Notes under the pieces: model-generated
What the model was told of the DNA's origin: nothing
Databases searched by the model: none
The model's input: only the letters and a program-made list of their open reading frames with translations
Translations under genes and position numbers: made by a program
Part shown: piece by piece, positions 1 to 6,843 of the stretch
How the letters are laid out: each line of letters opens with the position of its first letter
Numbering within the stretch: position 1 is the stretch's first letter
Assembly: GCA_013378385.1 (NCBI GenBank)
Contig: JACAFS010000022.1
Coordinates: 1 to 15,628 of the forward strand
Reading direction: 5' to 3'
Length of the DNA stretch: 15,628 nucleotides
From: Nitrososphaerota archaeon
GTDB taxonomy: Archaea; Thermoproteota; Nitrososphaeria; Nitrososphaerales; UBA57

Positions 1-634
1 AATCAATACTAGAATTAATTAGTTGATTATTAACTAATTTTACAAATATATCTAGATCGACAGTAGGATTAAGAACTGATTGAATTGCTTTTTTTTCAAA
101 ACTATTTGAAGGTTCGATTTTATTAAGTAAAAGAAATAAACCAGAGCCAGTTAAACCAAAAGTACCCAAACAATATACAACGTCATTATTACGAGCAGAT
201 TTTCTTTTAGGTATACGAACATCTGAGAATCCAATGATAGTACAGTCAATAATTAATTCAGAACTAGAGTTTGTATCTCCTCCAATAAGTTGGACATTGT
301 ATTCTTTAAGACCTTTATCAATACCTTTTACCAAATTTTTTATATCTTTTTCAGAATAAGATTTAGGTATACCAACTGACAGAATACAATATTTGGGAAT
401 TATGCCTTTTGATGCAAAATCACTAACAGACATAATAATTGATTTTCTAGAGGCTTGAACTAAATTCATAGAAGGTGGAATATCAGTAGATTCAACAAGC
501 ATATCAGAACTGATAAAAATTTTAGAATTATTAAATTCAATGCCAGATACATCATCGTCAGATAGAAGCCTATTTTTAGGCATTATACGAGTAAATAATT
601 TGATAATTTTATCTTCAGAGAGGGAATTTGTCAT
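1..634 (-). CDS. thiL: Thiamine-monophosphate kinase (ThiL; PurM/AIR-synthase-like fold). N-terminal part only, since the gene runs off the left edge of the window
   Basis: Absent from the supplied ORF track because it has no stop inside the window. Hand translation of the minus strand from ATG at 634..632 stays open to position 1: MTNSLSEDKIIKLFTRIMPKNRLLSDDDVSGIEF..SSDMLVESTDIPP..ASRKSIIMSVSDFASKGIIPKY..VQLIGGDTNSS..ARNNDVVYCLGTFGLTGSGLFLL. The order of the DD, DMLVE..D, SD.A..G, GGDT and G.xG..GSG blocks matches my memory of ThiL. Other PurM-fold enzymes (HypE, SelD) are not formally excluded. Confidence 0.65.
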   Translation of the reverse strand, partial: MTNSLSEDKIIKLFTRIMPKNRLLSDDDVSGIEFNNSKIFISSDMLVESTDIPPSMNLVQASRKSIIMSVSDFASKGIIPKYCILSVGIPKSYSEKDIKNLVKGIDKGLKEYNVQLIGGDTNSSSELIIDCTIIGFSDVRIPKRKSARNNDVVYCLGTFGLTGSGLFLLLNKIEPSNSFEKKAIQSVLNPTVDLDIFVKLVNNQLINSSID

Positions 635-675
635 CTTAAACAAGTATTCTATTACATTAAATACAATAAATTTTT
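635..675. promoter_or_regulatory. 41-bp divergent spacer between thiL and the membrane ORF; putative bidirectional archaeal promoter
   Basis: This is the only non-coding DNA between two divergent ATG starts (634 and 676). An A/T-rich TATA-like 'attaaata' at 655..662 (minus strand 'tatttaat') lies about 21-28 nt upstream of the thiL ATG, which fits a leaderless or very short-leader mRNA. It is a sequence pattern only. Confidence 0.3.
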
Positions 676-1092
676 ATGGGCGATAATAATAATCGTAATA
701 AATTGATGGAAAGATACAGAGGGCCTTCAAATCAGCATAGTAAAATGGAAAAGAGGTATTTCATACAACTATTTTTTGGAATAGTTCTAATACTTTTAGC
801 AATCCCATTAGAAACTTATAGATCAGAATTGGGAGATGTAGAGATACAACAACCTCGACCGGGAGGAGGAGAAGATAGGCCGCCACCTGTGAAAATTGAA
901 ACGAATACTAGTGCAGCACTTTCATATATGGTTATTATTGCAGGTACAATAACGAATTTTTATTCAATATACAAATACAGAAATGAATACAATGAGATTA
1001 AAGAGAATTATTCAAGACCCGCAAATCTATTTCTAATAATTGGAATTGTAGTTACATTCTCAGCGTTGGGAATTTCATTAATCTCGATATAA
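676..1092 (+). CDS. Hypothetical small integral membrane protein (3 predicted TM segments)
   Basis: 138-aa ORF with an ATG start and a basic N-terminus. It has three hydrophobic stretches (FIQLFFGIVLILLAIPL; LSYMVIIAGTITNFYSIY; LFLIIGIVVTFSALGISLISI) and a Pro/Gly/acidic loop PRPGGGEDRPPP after TM1. I recognise no family. Internal Met codons at residues 11 and 24 are alternative starts. Confidence 0.5.
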   Translation: MGDNNNRNKLMERYRGPSNQHSKMEKRYFIQLFFGIVLILLAIPLETYRSELGDVEIQQPRPGGGEDRPPPVKIETNTSAALSYMVIIAGTITNFYSIYKYRNEYNEIKENYSRPANLFLIIGIVVTFSALGISLISI

Positions 1093-2082
1093 CTATAAAT
1101 TAAGATCAAAGAATTTATTTTTTGGGTTATTTTCAAAGAATTCCCACATCATAGTAATAACTCCATCTCCAATTACACCAGGAGGAAGGTATTCCGCAAA
1201 ATTACCATGTCCTGCTGAATAAACTGCATAAACAATTATTTCACGATAATCATTGCAATCATAATATTTGTAGCGAGTAACACCATTAGGAAAATTATCT
1301 TCTCTTGGTTCAGAGTTACACATACTATTTTGACTTATTGTAGTAGCTGTATCATAAACTGAATTTACATACAAATCATCAGACTGAGCAATAGGGCCAC
1401 CATTAAAAGGAACTAAATTATCCATTTGTCCATGAAGATGTAAAATGGATACAGGTTGATCAGGATAATTTAACGGTCGTCCTTCCACACAACGTTCAAT
1501 TACTACAGAAGATTTTTCGCAATCATAATAATTACCCATTACAAGGCCAATAGCCGCAAAGTCATGTTGTTGAGAAATAACTTGCTCATAAAGAAACATA
1601 GCGCCTGCAGATTGGCCAAATGCAAAAATTCTATTCTCGTCAATACGGGTATTTGATCTCATCCAATCAATCATTTTTATTGTAAATCCATAATCATCTG
1701 CTTGGACATAATCATCATCATCATCAGCAATTACACCAGAATTCCAAGCATTATGAATGCCATTTGGATAAACGCCAATAAATTTTTCACTATTGACTAT
1801 ATCTTGCATAGATGTACCAGCTCCACTTCCTCCGAAATAATGAAAATAAACGACTATAGGATATTTATGATTAGGAGAATATGACATCGGGGTTTCGACC
1901 CAAAATGTTCGATTGATTCCGTCATGTTCAATAGAGATGCTATTTCGACCAGGTTCTAATACTTGATCATAAGATGGTCCAAAATAAAGATAAGAAGAAT
2001 TACGGACGTCAAGATAATATGATGTATTATAAAATATTAATAAGAATAATATGATCAACACTATTGGATTTCTTTTTTTCAA
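1093..2082 (-). CDS. Secreted alpha/beta-hydrolase, PHB-depolymerase-family (LpqC/COG3509-like) esterase
   Basis: 329 aa. Signal-peptide-like N-terminus MKKRNPIVLIILFLLIFY. Family-like blocks: YPIVVYFHYFGGSG, AWNSG, ADDYGF, nucleophile elbow FGQSAGAMF (G-x-S-x-G), FAAIG and HLHGQMDNLVPFNGG. The start codon in the DNA is TTG (2082..2080), 9 nt after the cupin stop. Confidence 0.65.
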   Translation of the reverse strand: MKKRNPIVLIILFLLIFYNTSYYLDVRNSSYLYFGPSYDQVLEPGRNSISIEHDGINRTFWVETPMSYSPNHKYPIVVYFHYFGGSGAGTSMQDIVNSEKFIGVYPNGIHNAWNSGVIADDDDDYVQADDYGFTIKMIDWMRSNTRIDENRIFAFGQSAGAMFLYEQVISQQHDFAAIGLVMGNYYDCEKSSVVIERCVEGRPLNYPDQPVSILHLHGQMDNLVPFNGGPIAQSDDLYVNSVYDTATTISQNSMCNSEPREDNFPNGVTRYKYYDCNDYREIIVYAVYSAGHGNFAEYLPPGVIGDGVITMMWEFFENNPKNKFFDLNL

Positions 2083-2091
2083 AATAAATAA

Positions 2092-2412
2092 TCATCCAAA
2101 TTTATAGTGTTTTTTAACATCTTTGAGAATTTTCCAAGTACATTTCATGCCTTTTGGAAATATAACAAAATCGTTTTTAGTCAATTTAACAGATGATTGA
2201 TTTTCAGGGGTTATAATTACATCCCCCTCGAGAAAATAACACATTTCCTGAAGATCATATTCCCAAGGAAATTCAGAAATTTCTTTTGTCCAAATAGGCC
2301 AATCATACACATTTAACGATTGAAGTTTAGATTCATCAGGGGAATTTTCAATTGATATTTCCATATCAACATAAAACATGTTCTTATAATTAATTATTTC
2401 CGCTGATGCCAA
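2092..2412 (-). CDS. Small single-domain cupin (DUF861/cupin_3-like)
   Basis: 106 aa. The W..W......F.W.Y...E.CYFLEGDV.....E......L..ND.V.FPKGM.C.W.I...VKKHY.F pattern matches my memory of the EutQ-like cupin_3 family. The farthest start is TTG (2412..2410); an in-frame ATG at 2379..2377 (MFYVDME..) is an alternative. Confidence 0.65.
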   Translation of the reverse strand: MASAEIINYKNMFYVDMEISIENSPDESKLQSLNVYDWPIWTKEISEFPWEYDLQEMCYFLEGDVIITPENQSSVKLTKNDFVIFPKGMKCTWKILKDVKKHYKFG

Positions 2413-2460
2413 CTAAGAAATTTTAAATTTGAATTTATATAAGATTTCGCCATATACATA
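2413..2460. promoter_or_regulatory. 48-bp divergent spacer (cupin/esterase operon versus HtrA) with a near-palindromic TATA-like element
   Basis: 'tttatataa' at 2434..2442 reads as a TATA-like box on both strands. It is centred about 26 nt from the cupin TTG (2412) and about 23 nt from the HtrA GTG (2461). A second A/T box 'ttttaaattt' is at 2420..2429. There is no room for long 5' UTRs. Confidence 0.35.
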
Positions 2461-3603
2461 GTGAATATTTTGATTAATAATCTCAGATTAATTTCATATT
2501 CTTCATTAATAGTAAGCAGCATTACATTAATTTTATTATTATATATAATAATAATCAATCCGTCTATTTTTCAAGGTCCTGAAGGACCACAAGGAATACA
2601 GGGACCGGGAGGAGAAATTGGACCAGAAGGAGAAATTGGGCCCAAAGGAATGCAAGGAGAGAACGGCATGCAGGGTCAAGAAGGAATGCCATCTAGTTAT
2701 TATGCGCAGAAAGTTTATGAAGAAAGTAAATCAGGCGTAGTATTCATCAAAGTATATCAATCAGGGCAACAGATTGCAGTAGGTTCAGGATTCATTTATG
2801 ATGAAAGAGGGTACATTGTAACAAACAATCATGTTATTGAAGAAGGTAGTGACTTTGTGATTGTATATTTCGACGGAACAATGAGTGAAGGAGAAGTAAT
2901 TGGAAAGGATAGTCAAGGAGATCTAGCAGTTATTAAAACACAATTGCCTACTTCTGTAAAGAAACTAGAACTCGAAAGCGATATAATTATAGGTGAACAG
3001 GTATTTCCAATAGGAAGTCCTGCAGGACTAGTGGGTTCAATTACTGCAGGAGTGATAAGCCAAGCAAATAGAACAATGAGAAATATGAATATTTTACCAA
3101 TGATACAGACTGATGCGCCAATAAATCCTGGAAATTCTGGAGGTCCATTAATAAATTCTTATGGAAAAGTTGTTGGAATAAATACAATGGGATACAGAGG
3201 AGGAGAATTCGAGGCATTAGGATTTGCAATACCTTCAAGCATAGCAAAGATAATTATACCAAATTTAATTGAAAATGGATTCCATGAACATCCATTTATT
3301 GGAATAAGCGCATCATTCTTAGATCCAATACAAATCAAAGGTAGAGGATTGCCAGATGACATAACTTCAGGAGTAATTATTCAAACTGTGAGACCAAATA
3401 CTGCCGCAGAAGAACATGGATTGATGAAAGGAGATATAATTATTTCAATGGGAGGATATTCATTAAGAGCGCAACATGACATATCATATATTTTACATCA
3501 TTTCTTTGCGCCAAATGATATAATCAAATTAGAGGTATTTCGTAATGGCGAGGTGATAAATATGGAATTAACACTAGGTGTAAGACCATTAAATCAAGAA
3601 TAA
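2461..3603 (+). CDS. htrA: Membrane-anchored HtrA/DegP-family serine protease: N-terminal TM, collagen-like G-X-Y stalk, trypsin-like domain, C-terminal PDZ
   Basis: 380 aa. TM anchor LISYSSLIVSSITLILLLYIIII. Catalytic triad motifs appear in canonical order: TNNHV (His), GDLAVIK (Asp), GNSGGPLIN (Ser). PDZ-like C-terminus GVIIQTVRPNTAAEEHGLMKGDIIISMGG. The start codon in the DNA is GTG (2461), and there is no in-frame ATG before the TM segment. Confidence 0.9.
   Translation: MNILINNLRLISYSSLIVSSITLILLLYIIIINPSIFQGPEGPQGIQGPGGEIGPEGEIGPKGMQGENGMQGQEGMPSSYYAQKVYEESKSGVVFIKVYQSGQQIAVGSGFIYDERGYIVTNNHVIEEGSDFVIVYFDGTMSEGEVIGKDSQGDLAVIKTQLPTSVKKLELESDIIIGEQVFPIGSPAGLVGSITAGVISQANRTMRNMNILPMIQTDAPINPGNSGGPLINSYGKVVGINTMGYRGGEFEALGFAIPSSIAKIIIPNLIENGFHEHPFIGISASFLDPIQIKGRGLPDDITSGVIIQTVRPNTAAEEHGLMKGDIIISMGGYSLRAQHDISYILHHFFAPNDIIKLEVFRNGEVINMELTLGVRPLNQE
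2575..2691 (+). repeat. Collagen-like (G-X-Y)x13 coding repeat inside htrA
   Basis: Uninterrupted triplets GPE GPQ GIQ GPG GEI GPE GEI GPK GMQ GEN GMQ GQE GMP (residues 39-77). At the DNA level there is an imperfect 18-bp tandem duplication: ggagaaattggaccagaa (2611..2628) and ggagaaattgggcccaaa (2629..2646), matching at 15/18 positions. The segment is a locally G+C-richer island in AT-rich DNA. Confidence 0.85.
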
Positions 3604-3644
3604 AATAGTTATTTCAAACCGTATACTAAGTTTAGTGATAACAA

Positions 3645-4952
3645 TTGTCCGAATTAAGTGGGTATAAAAATGAATCATTAAAGATATTGAACAATGCGGG
3701 AATTAGCATAGGAGATTTAATCAAAATTACAACAAAAACAACTGAATATTCAGGAAATCTTCTGCCAAGATATGAATATTCGGAAGAAAATTATATCGTG
3801 ATTAAATTATCAAATGGATATAACATAGGAATAGATGCAAAAAATATCACAAATATACAGAAAATAATGGGTGGGGAAAAACCAAAATTCATTCCTCCTG
3901 AAAAACCAAACGTGAAAGAATCATTACCAAAAATAGCAATATTAGGAACTGGGGGAACGATTGCATCAAGAATTGATTACAAAACAGGAGCGGTAAATCC
4001 TGCATTTTCTGCTGAAGAACTATATTCAATAATACCCGAATTATCATCGTATGCAAACATAAACACCGAATTAATTTCCAATATTGCAAGTGAACAAATG
4101 AATCCAGAAGACTGGACAAATATTGCAAAAAAAGTAATTGAAAAAATCAATGAAGGCAATCAAGGAATAATAATTGGGCATGGAACTGATACAATGGCAT
4201 ATACATCTGCGGCATTGAGCTTTGCATTAGAGAATTGTCCAATACCCGTCATAATAACAGGGGCGCAAAGATCAACAGACAGGCCGTCTTCTGATGCTTC
4301 ATTAAATATGATTTCATCAGTGATTATGGCATCTAAAAGAGTTCTCAATGGAGTATATCTAGCAATGCATTCAAGTATTGAAGATAATGAAGTTTCGATT
4401 CACTCTGGAACAAGAGTAAGAAAGAATCACACATCAAAACGTGATGCATTTCAATCAATCGGGATAGATCCGATTGCAATTGTAAATCAAGATAAGGTTA
4501 CAATTGGAGAAGAATACATTAAAAATAATAATCAATTTAATCCAAAAATCAAGTTTGAAGAAAATGTTTCTCTTCTAAAATTTCATCCAGGATTCAATTC
4601 AGAAATAATAGATAAGATAATTGAATTAGACGCAAAGGGAATAATACTAGAAGGAACAGGTTTAGGTCATGTTAATTCTCGTTGTAATAAATCAATCAAA
4701 AAGGCGATAGACAACGGAATGTTTGTAGGTATGACGTCTCAATGTTTACAGGGAAGAATAAAGATGACAGTTTATTCGGCAGGTAGAGACCTACTAAATA
4801 TCGGAGTAATACCGCTAGAAGATATGCTTCCAGAGACAGCATTGGTAAAATTAATGTGGGCTTATGGAAATTATGAAAATAAAGAAATCAAAAATATCAT
4901 GCTAAATAATATTGCAAGAGAATATACAGAGAGATCAATACTAGGGAGATAA
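3645..4952 (+). CDS. gatD: Glutamyl-tRNA(Gln) amidotransferase subunit D (GatD)
   Basis: 435 aa. GatD-type N-terminal domain (GD.I......Y.G.LLPR....IVIKL.NGYNIGI) followed by an asparaginase-like domain (ILGTGGTIAS, HGTDTMAYT). It lies immediately upstream of gatE. The start codon is TTG (3645), with an in-frame TAA at 3639..3641 just upstream, and the next in-frame Met is residue 75. Confidence 0.92.
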   Translation: MSELSGYKNESLKILNNAGISIGDLIKITTKTTEYSGNLLPRYEYSEENYIVIKLSNGYNIGIDAKNITNIQKIMGGEKPKFIPPEKPNVKESLPKIAILGTGGTIASRIDYKTGAVNPAFSAEELYSIIPELSSYANINTELISNIASEQMNPEDWTNIAKKVIEKINEGNQGIIIGHGTDTMAYTSAALSFALENCPIPVIITGAQRSTDRPSSDASLNMISSVIMASKRVLNGVYLAMHSSIEDNEVSIHSGTRVRKNHTSKRDAFQSIGIDPIAIVNQDKVTIGEEYIKNNNQFNPKIKFEENVSLLKFHPGFNSEIIDKIIELDAKGIILEGTGLGHVNSRCNKSIKKAIDNGMFVGMTSQCLQGRIKMTVYSAGRDLLNIGVIPLEDMLPETALVKLMWAYGNYENKEIKNIMLNNIAREYTERSILGR

Positions 4953-4957
4953 ATAGT

Positions 4958-6835
4958 GTGGATAAGAAAAATTATGAGTTAAAAGTAGGACTAGAAATAC
5001 ATCAACAACTTGCAAGTTCAACTAAATTATTTTGTAATTGTAATGGATTCAACAATAACGGGAATGAAGTGTATTTTAAAAGAATTTTACGACCAACACA
5101 GAGTGAATTAGGAAAAACAGATCCTGCAGCATTATTTGAATCAAAAAAATCAAAACGAATGAACTATATAGCGGACACAAATACTAGTTGTCTGGTTGAA
5201 GCCGATGAGGAACCTCCGCACGAAATAAGTCAAGAAGCACTAGATATTGCACTAACTATATCGTATCTACTAGGAGCAGAGCCTGTAGATGAGATACATG
5301 TTATGAGAAAATTAGTCATAGATGGTTCAAACACTACGGGTTTTCAGAGAACAGTAATCATATCAACAGGAGGCGAATTACATGTTCAGGATTTAACAAT
5401 ACCGGTACTATCAATAAGTTTAGAAGAGGATGCATCACGAATCATTAATAAAAATAGAGAAGAGTCAACTTATTCCTTAGACAGATTATCAATTCCTTTA
5501 ATAGAAATAACACTTGCCCCAATGAAATTTAAGAAAGAAGAAACGGAGAAGATTGCATTAACATTGGGTAGATTAATGAGAACTACGGGAAAAGTGGCCA
5601 GAGGAATAGGAACAATTAGACAAGATGTGAATATTTCCATAGATGGAAAGAATATTATCGAAGTAAAAGGAGTTCAACAACTGGACATCTTAACAGATAT
5701 TATTGAATTTGAAAATCAAAGGCAATCAAACTTAATAAAAATAAAAGAAGAACTTATAGAAAGGGGTGTAAAAGAAGATAATTTCAATATAAGATCAGCT
5801 GAAATAACTAATATTTTTAACAATACTAATTCAAAATTAATTAAAAAAGTTATAGAAAACAATGGAAAGGTAATTGCAATTAAAGCGCCAAAATTTAGAG
5901 GATTAATTGGAAAAGAAGATCATAAAGGAACAAGACTGGGACGAGATATATCCTCACTGGTAAAATTTTTTGGATTCGGCGGAATATTTCATTCTGATGA
6001 ACTGCCAAATTATGGAATAACAGAAGATGAATGTAAAAAAGTAACTAATAAGTTAGAAAATGATGATGATGATGGATTCATCATTTTAACAGGAAATACA
6101 GAAAATATGGACGTAGCAGTGAAAAGTATAGAAAATAGATTATTACAATGTACAATAGGCATACCTGCAGAAACAAGAATGCCAACAGAAGATGGAATGA
6201 CAAATTTTATGAGACCAAGACCAGGATCTGCCAGAATGTATCCAGAAACCGACATAATTCCAGTTAAAATATATGAAGAAAAAAGGACTGCAATTAAAAA
6301 ATCTCTACCAAGGTCATATGAAGAGCAAATTGACAATTATAAGAACAACATAGGATTGAATGATAAATTATCAGTTCAGATATTTGATTCAAAATACAAA
6401 ACATTATTTGAAAAATTAATAAAAAAAGTGAACGTACCTGCGAACTATATTGCAGCACAGCTAACTGAAACAATGATTAATTTAAGTAGGAATAAAATAG
6501 ATATTACAAAAATTACAGACATAGAATTAGAAAAGATATTCAAAGAAATCGAGAGTGGAGTCATTGCAAAAGAGTCATTCGAAAAGATAATTGAAGATAT
6601 GTGTCAAAATAATAAAAAAATAGATGAGATTATCAATGAAATGAAAGAAAATAAATTAACTGATGAGGATATAGAAAAGATAATATTAAAGATAATTGAT
6701 ATGAAAAAAGAAATTATCAAAGAAAAAGGAAATGATTCATTTAGTATTTTAATGGGAGAAGCAATGAAACAACTACGTGGAAAAGTTGACGGAAAGATAG
6801 TAAGCGATAAAATACAAAAATTATTAAACAATTAA
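4958..6835 (+). CDS. gatE: Glutamyl-tRNA(Gln) amidotransferase subunit E (GatE)
   Basis: 625 aa. N-terminus ..YELKVGLEIHQQL, EADEEPPH, DGSNTTGFQRT and GTIRQDVNISI match the GatB/GatE core, and the length is typical of GatE. The start is GTG (4958), 5 nt after the gatD stop, preceded by a Shine-Dalgarno-like GGGAG at 4944..4948. Confidence 0.92.
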   Translation: MDKKNYELKVGLEIHQQLASSTKLFCNCNGFNNNGNEVYFKRILRPTQSELGKTDPAALFESKKSKRMNYIADTNTSCLVEADEEPPHEISQEALDIALTISYLLGAEPVDEIHVMRKLVIDGSNTTGFQRTVIISTGGELHVQDLTIPVLSISLEEDASRIINKNREESTYSLDRLSIPLIEITLAPMKFKKEETEKIALTLGRLMRTTGKVARGIGTIRQDVNISIDGKNIIEVKGVQQLDILTDIIEFENQRQSNLIKIKEELIERGVKEDNFNIRSAEITNIFNNTNSKLIKKVIENNGKVIAIKAPKFRGLIGKEDHKGTRLGRDISSLVKFFGFGGIFHSDELPNYGITEDECKKVTNKLENDDDDGFIILTGNTENMDVAVKSIENRLLQCTIGIPAETRMPTEDGMTNFMRPRPGSARMYPETDIIPVKIYEEKRTAIKKSLPRSYEEQIDNYKNNIGLNDKLSVQIFDSKYKTLFEKLIKKVNVPANYIAAQLTETMINLSRNKIDITKITDIELEKIFKEIESGVIAKESFEKIIEDMCQNNKKIDEIINEMKENKLTDEDIEKIILKIIDMKKEIIKEKGNDSFSILMGEAMKQLRGKVDGKIVSDKIQKLLNN

Positions 6836-6843
6836 TTTTTATT
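6836..6843 (+). terminator. Oligo-T tract directly after the gatE stop (possible archaeal intrinsic termination signal)
   Basis: TTTTTATT begins 1 nt after the gatE TAA (6833..6835) and overlaps the stop codon of the convergent guaA (6839..6841). It is a pattern only, and such tracts are common in AT-rich DNA. Confidence 0.25.

Noticed and set aside
17-39. Perfect 8-bp inverted repeat aattagtt-N7-aactaatt
   Set aside because: It lies inside the thiL coding region, is made only of A/T-rich bases and is short enough to arise by chance in DNA of this composition.
853-888. Pro/Gly-rich loop PRPGGGEDRPPP in the small membrane protein as a possible second collagen-like element
   Set aside because: It has no G-X-Y periodicity and is only 12 residues long. 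It is just a short low-complexity loop.
1711-1725. Trinucleotide runs (ATC)x5 at 1711..1725 and (GAT)x4 at 6062..6073
   Set aside because: Both are in-frame Asp runs (DDDDD in the esterase, DDDD in GatE). They are too short to call microsatellites or slippage-based phase-variation tracts.
3041-4348. Five minus-strand ORFs of 60-79 aa antisense to htrA and gatD
   Set aside because: All lie wholly within conserved sense genes, overlap one another in different frames and have no motifs. They are treated as spurious.
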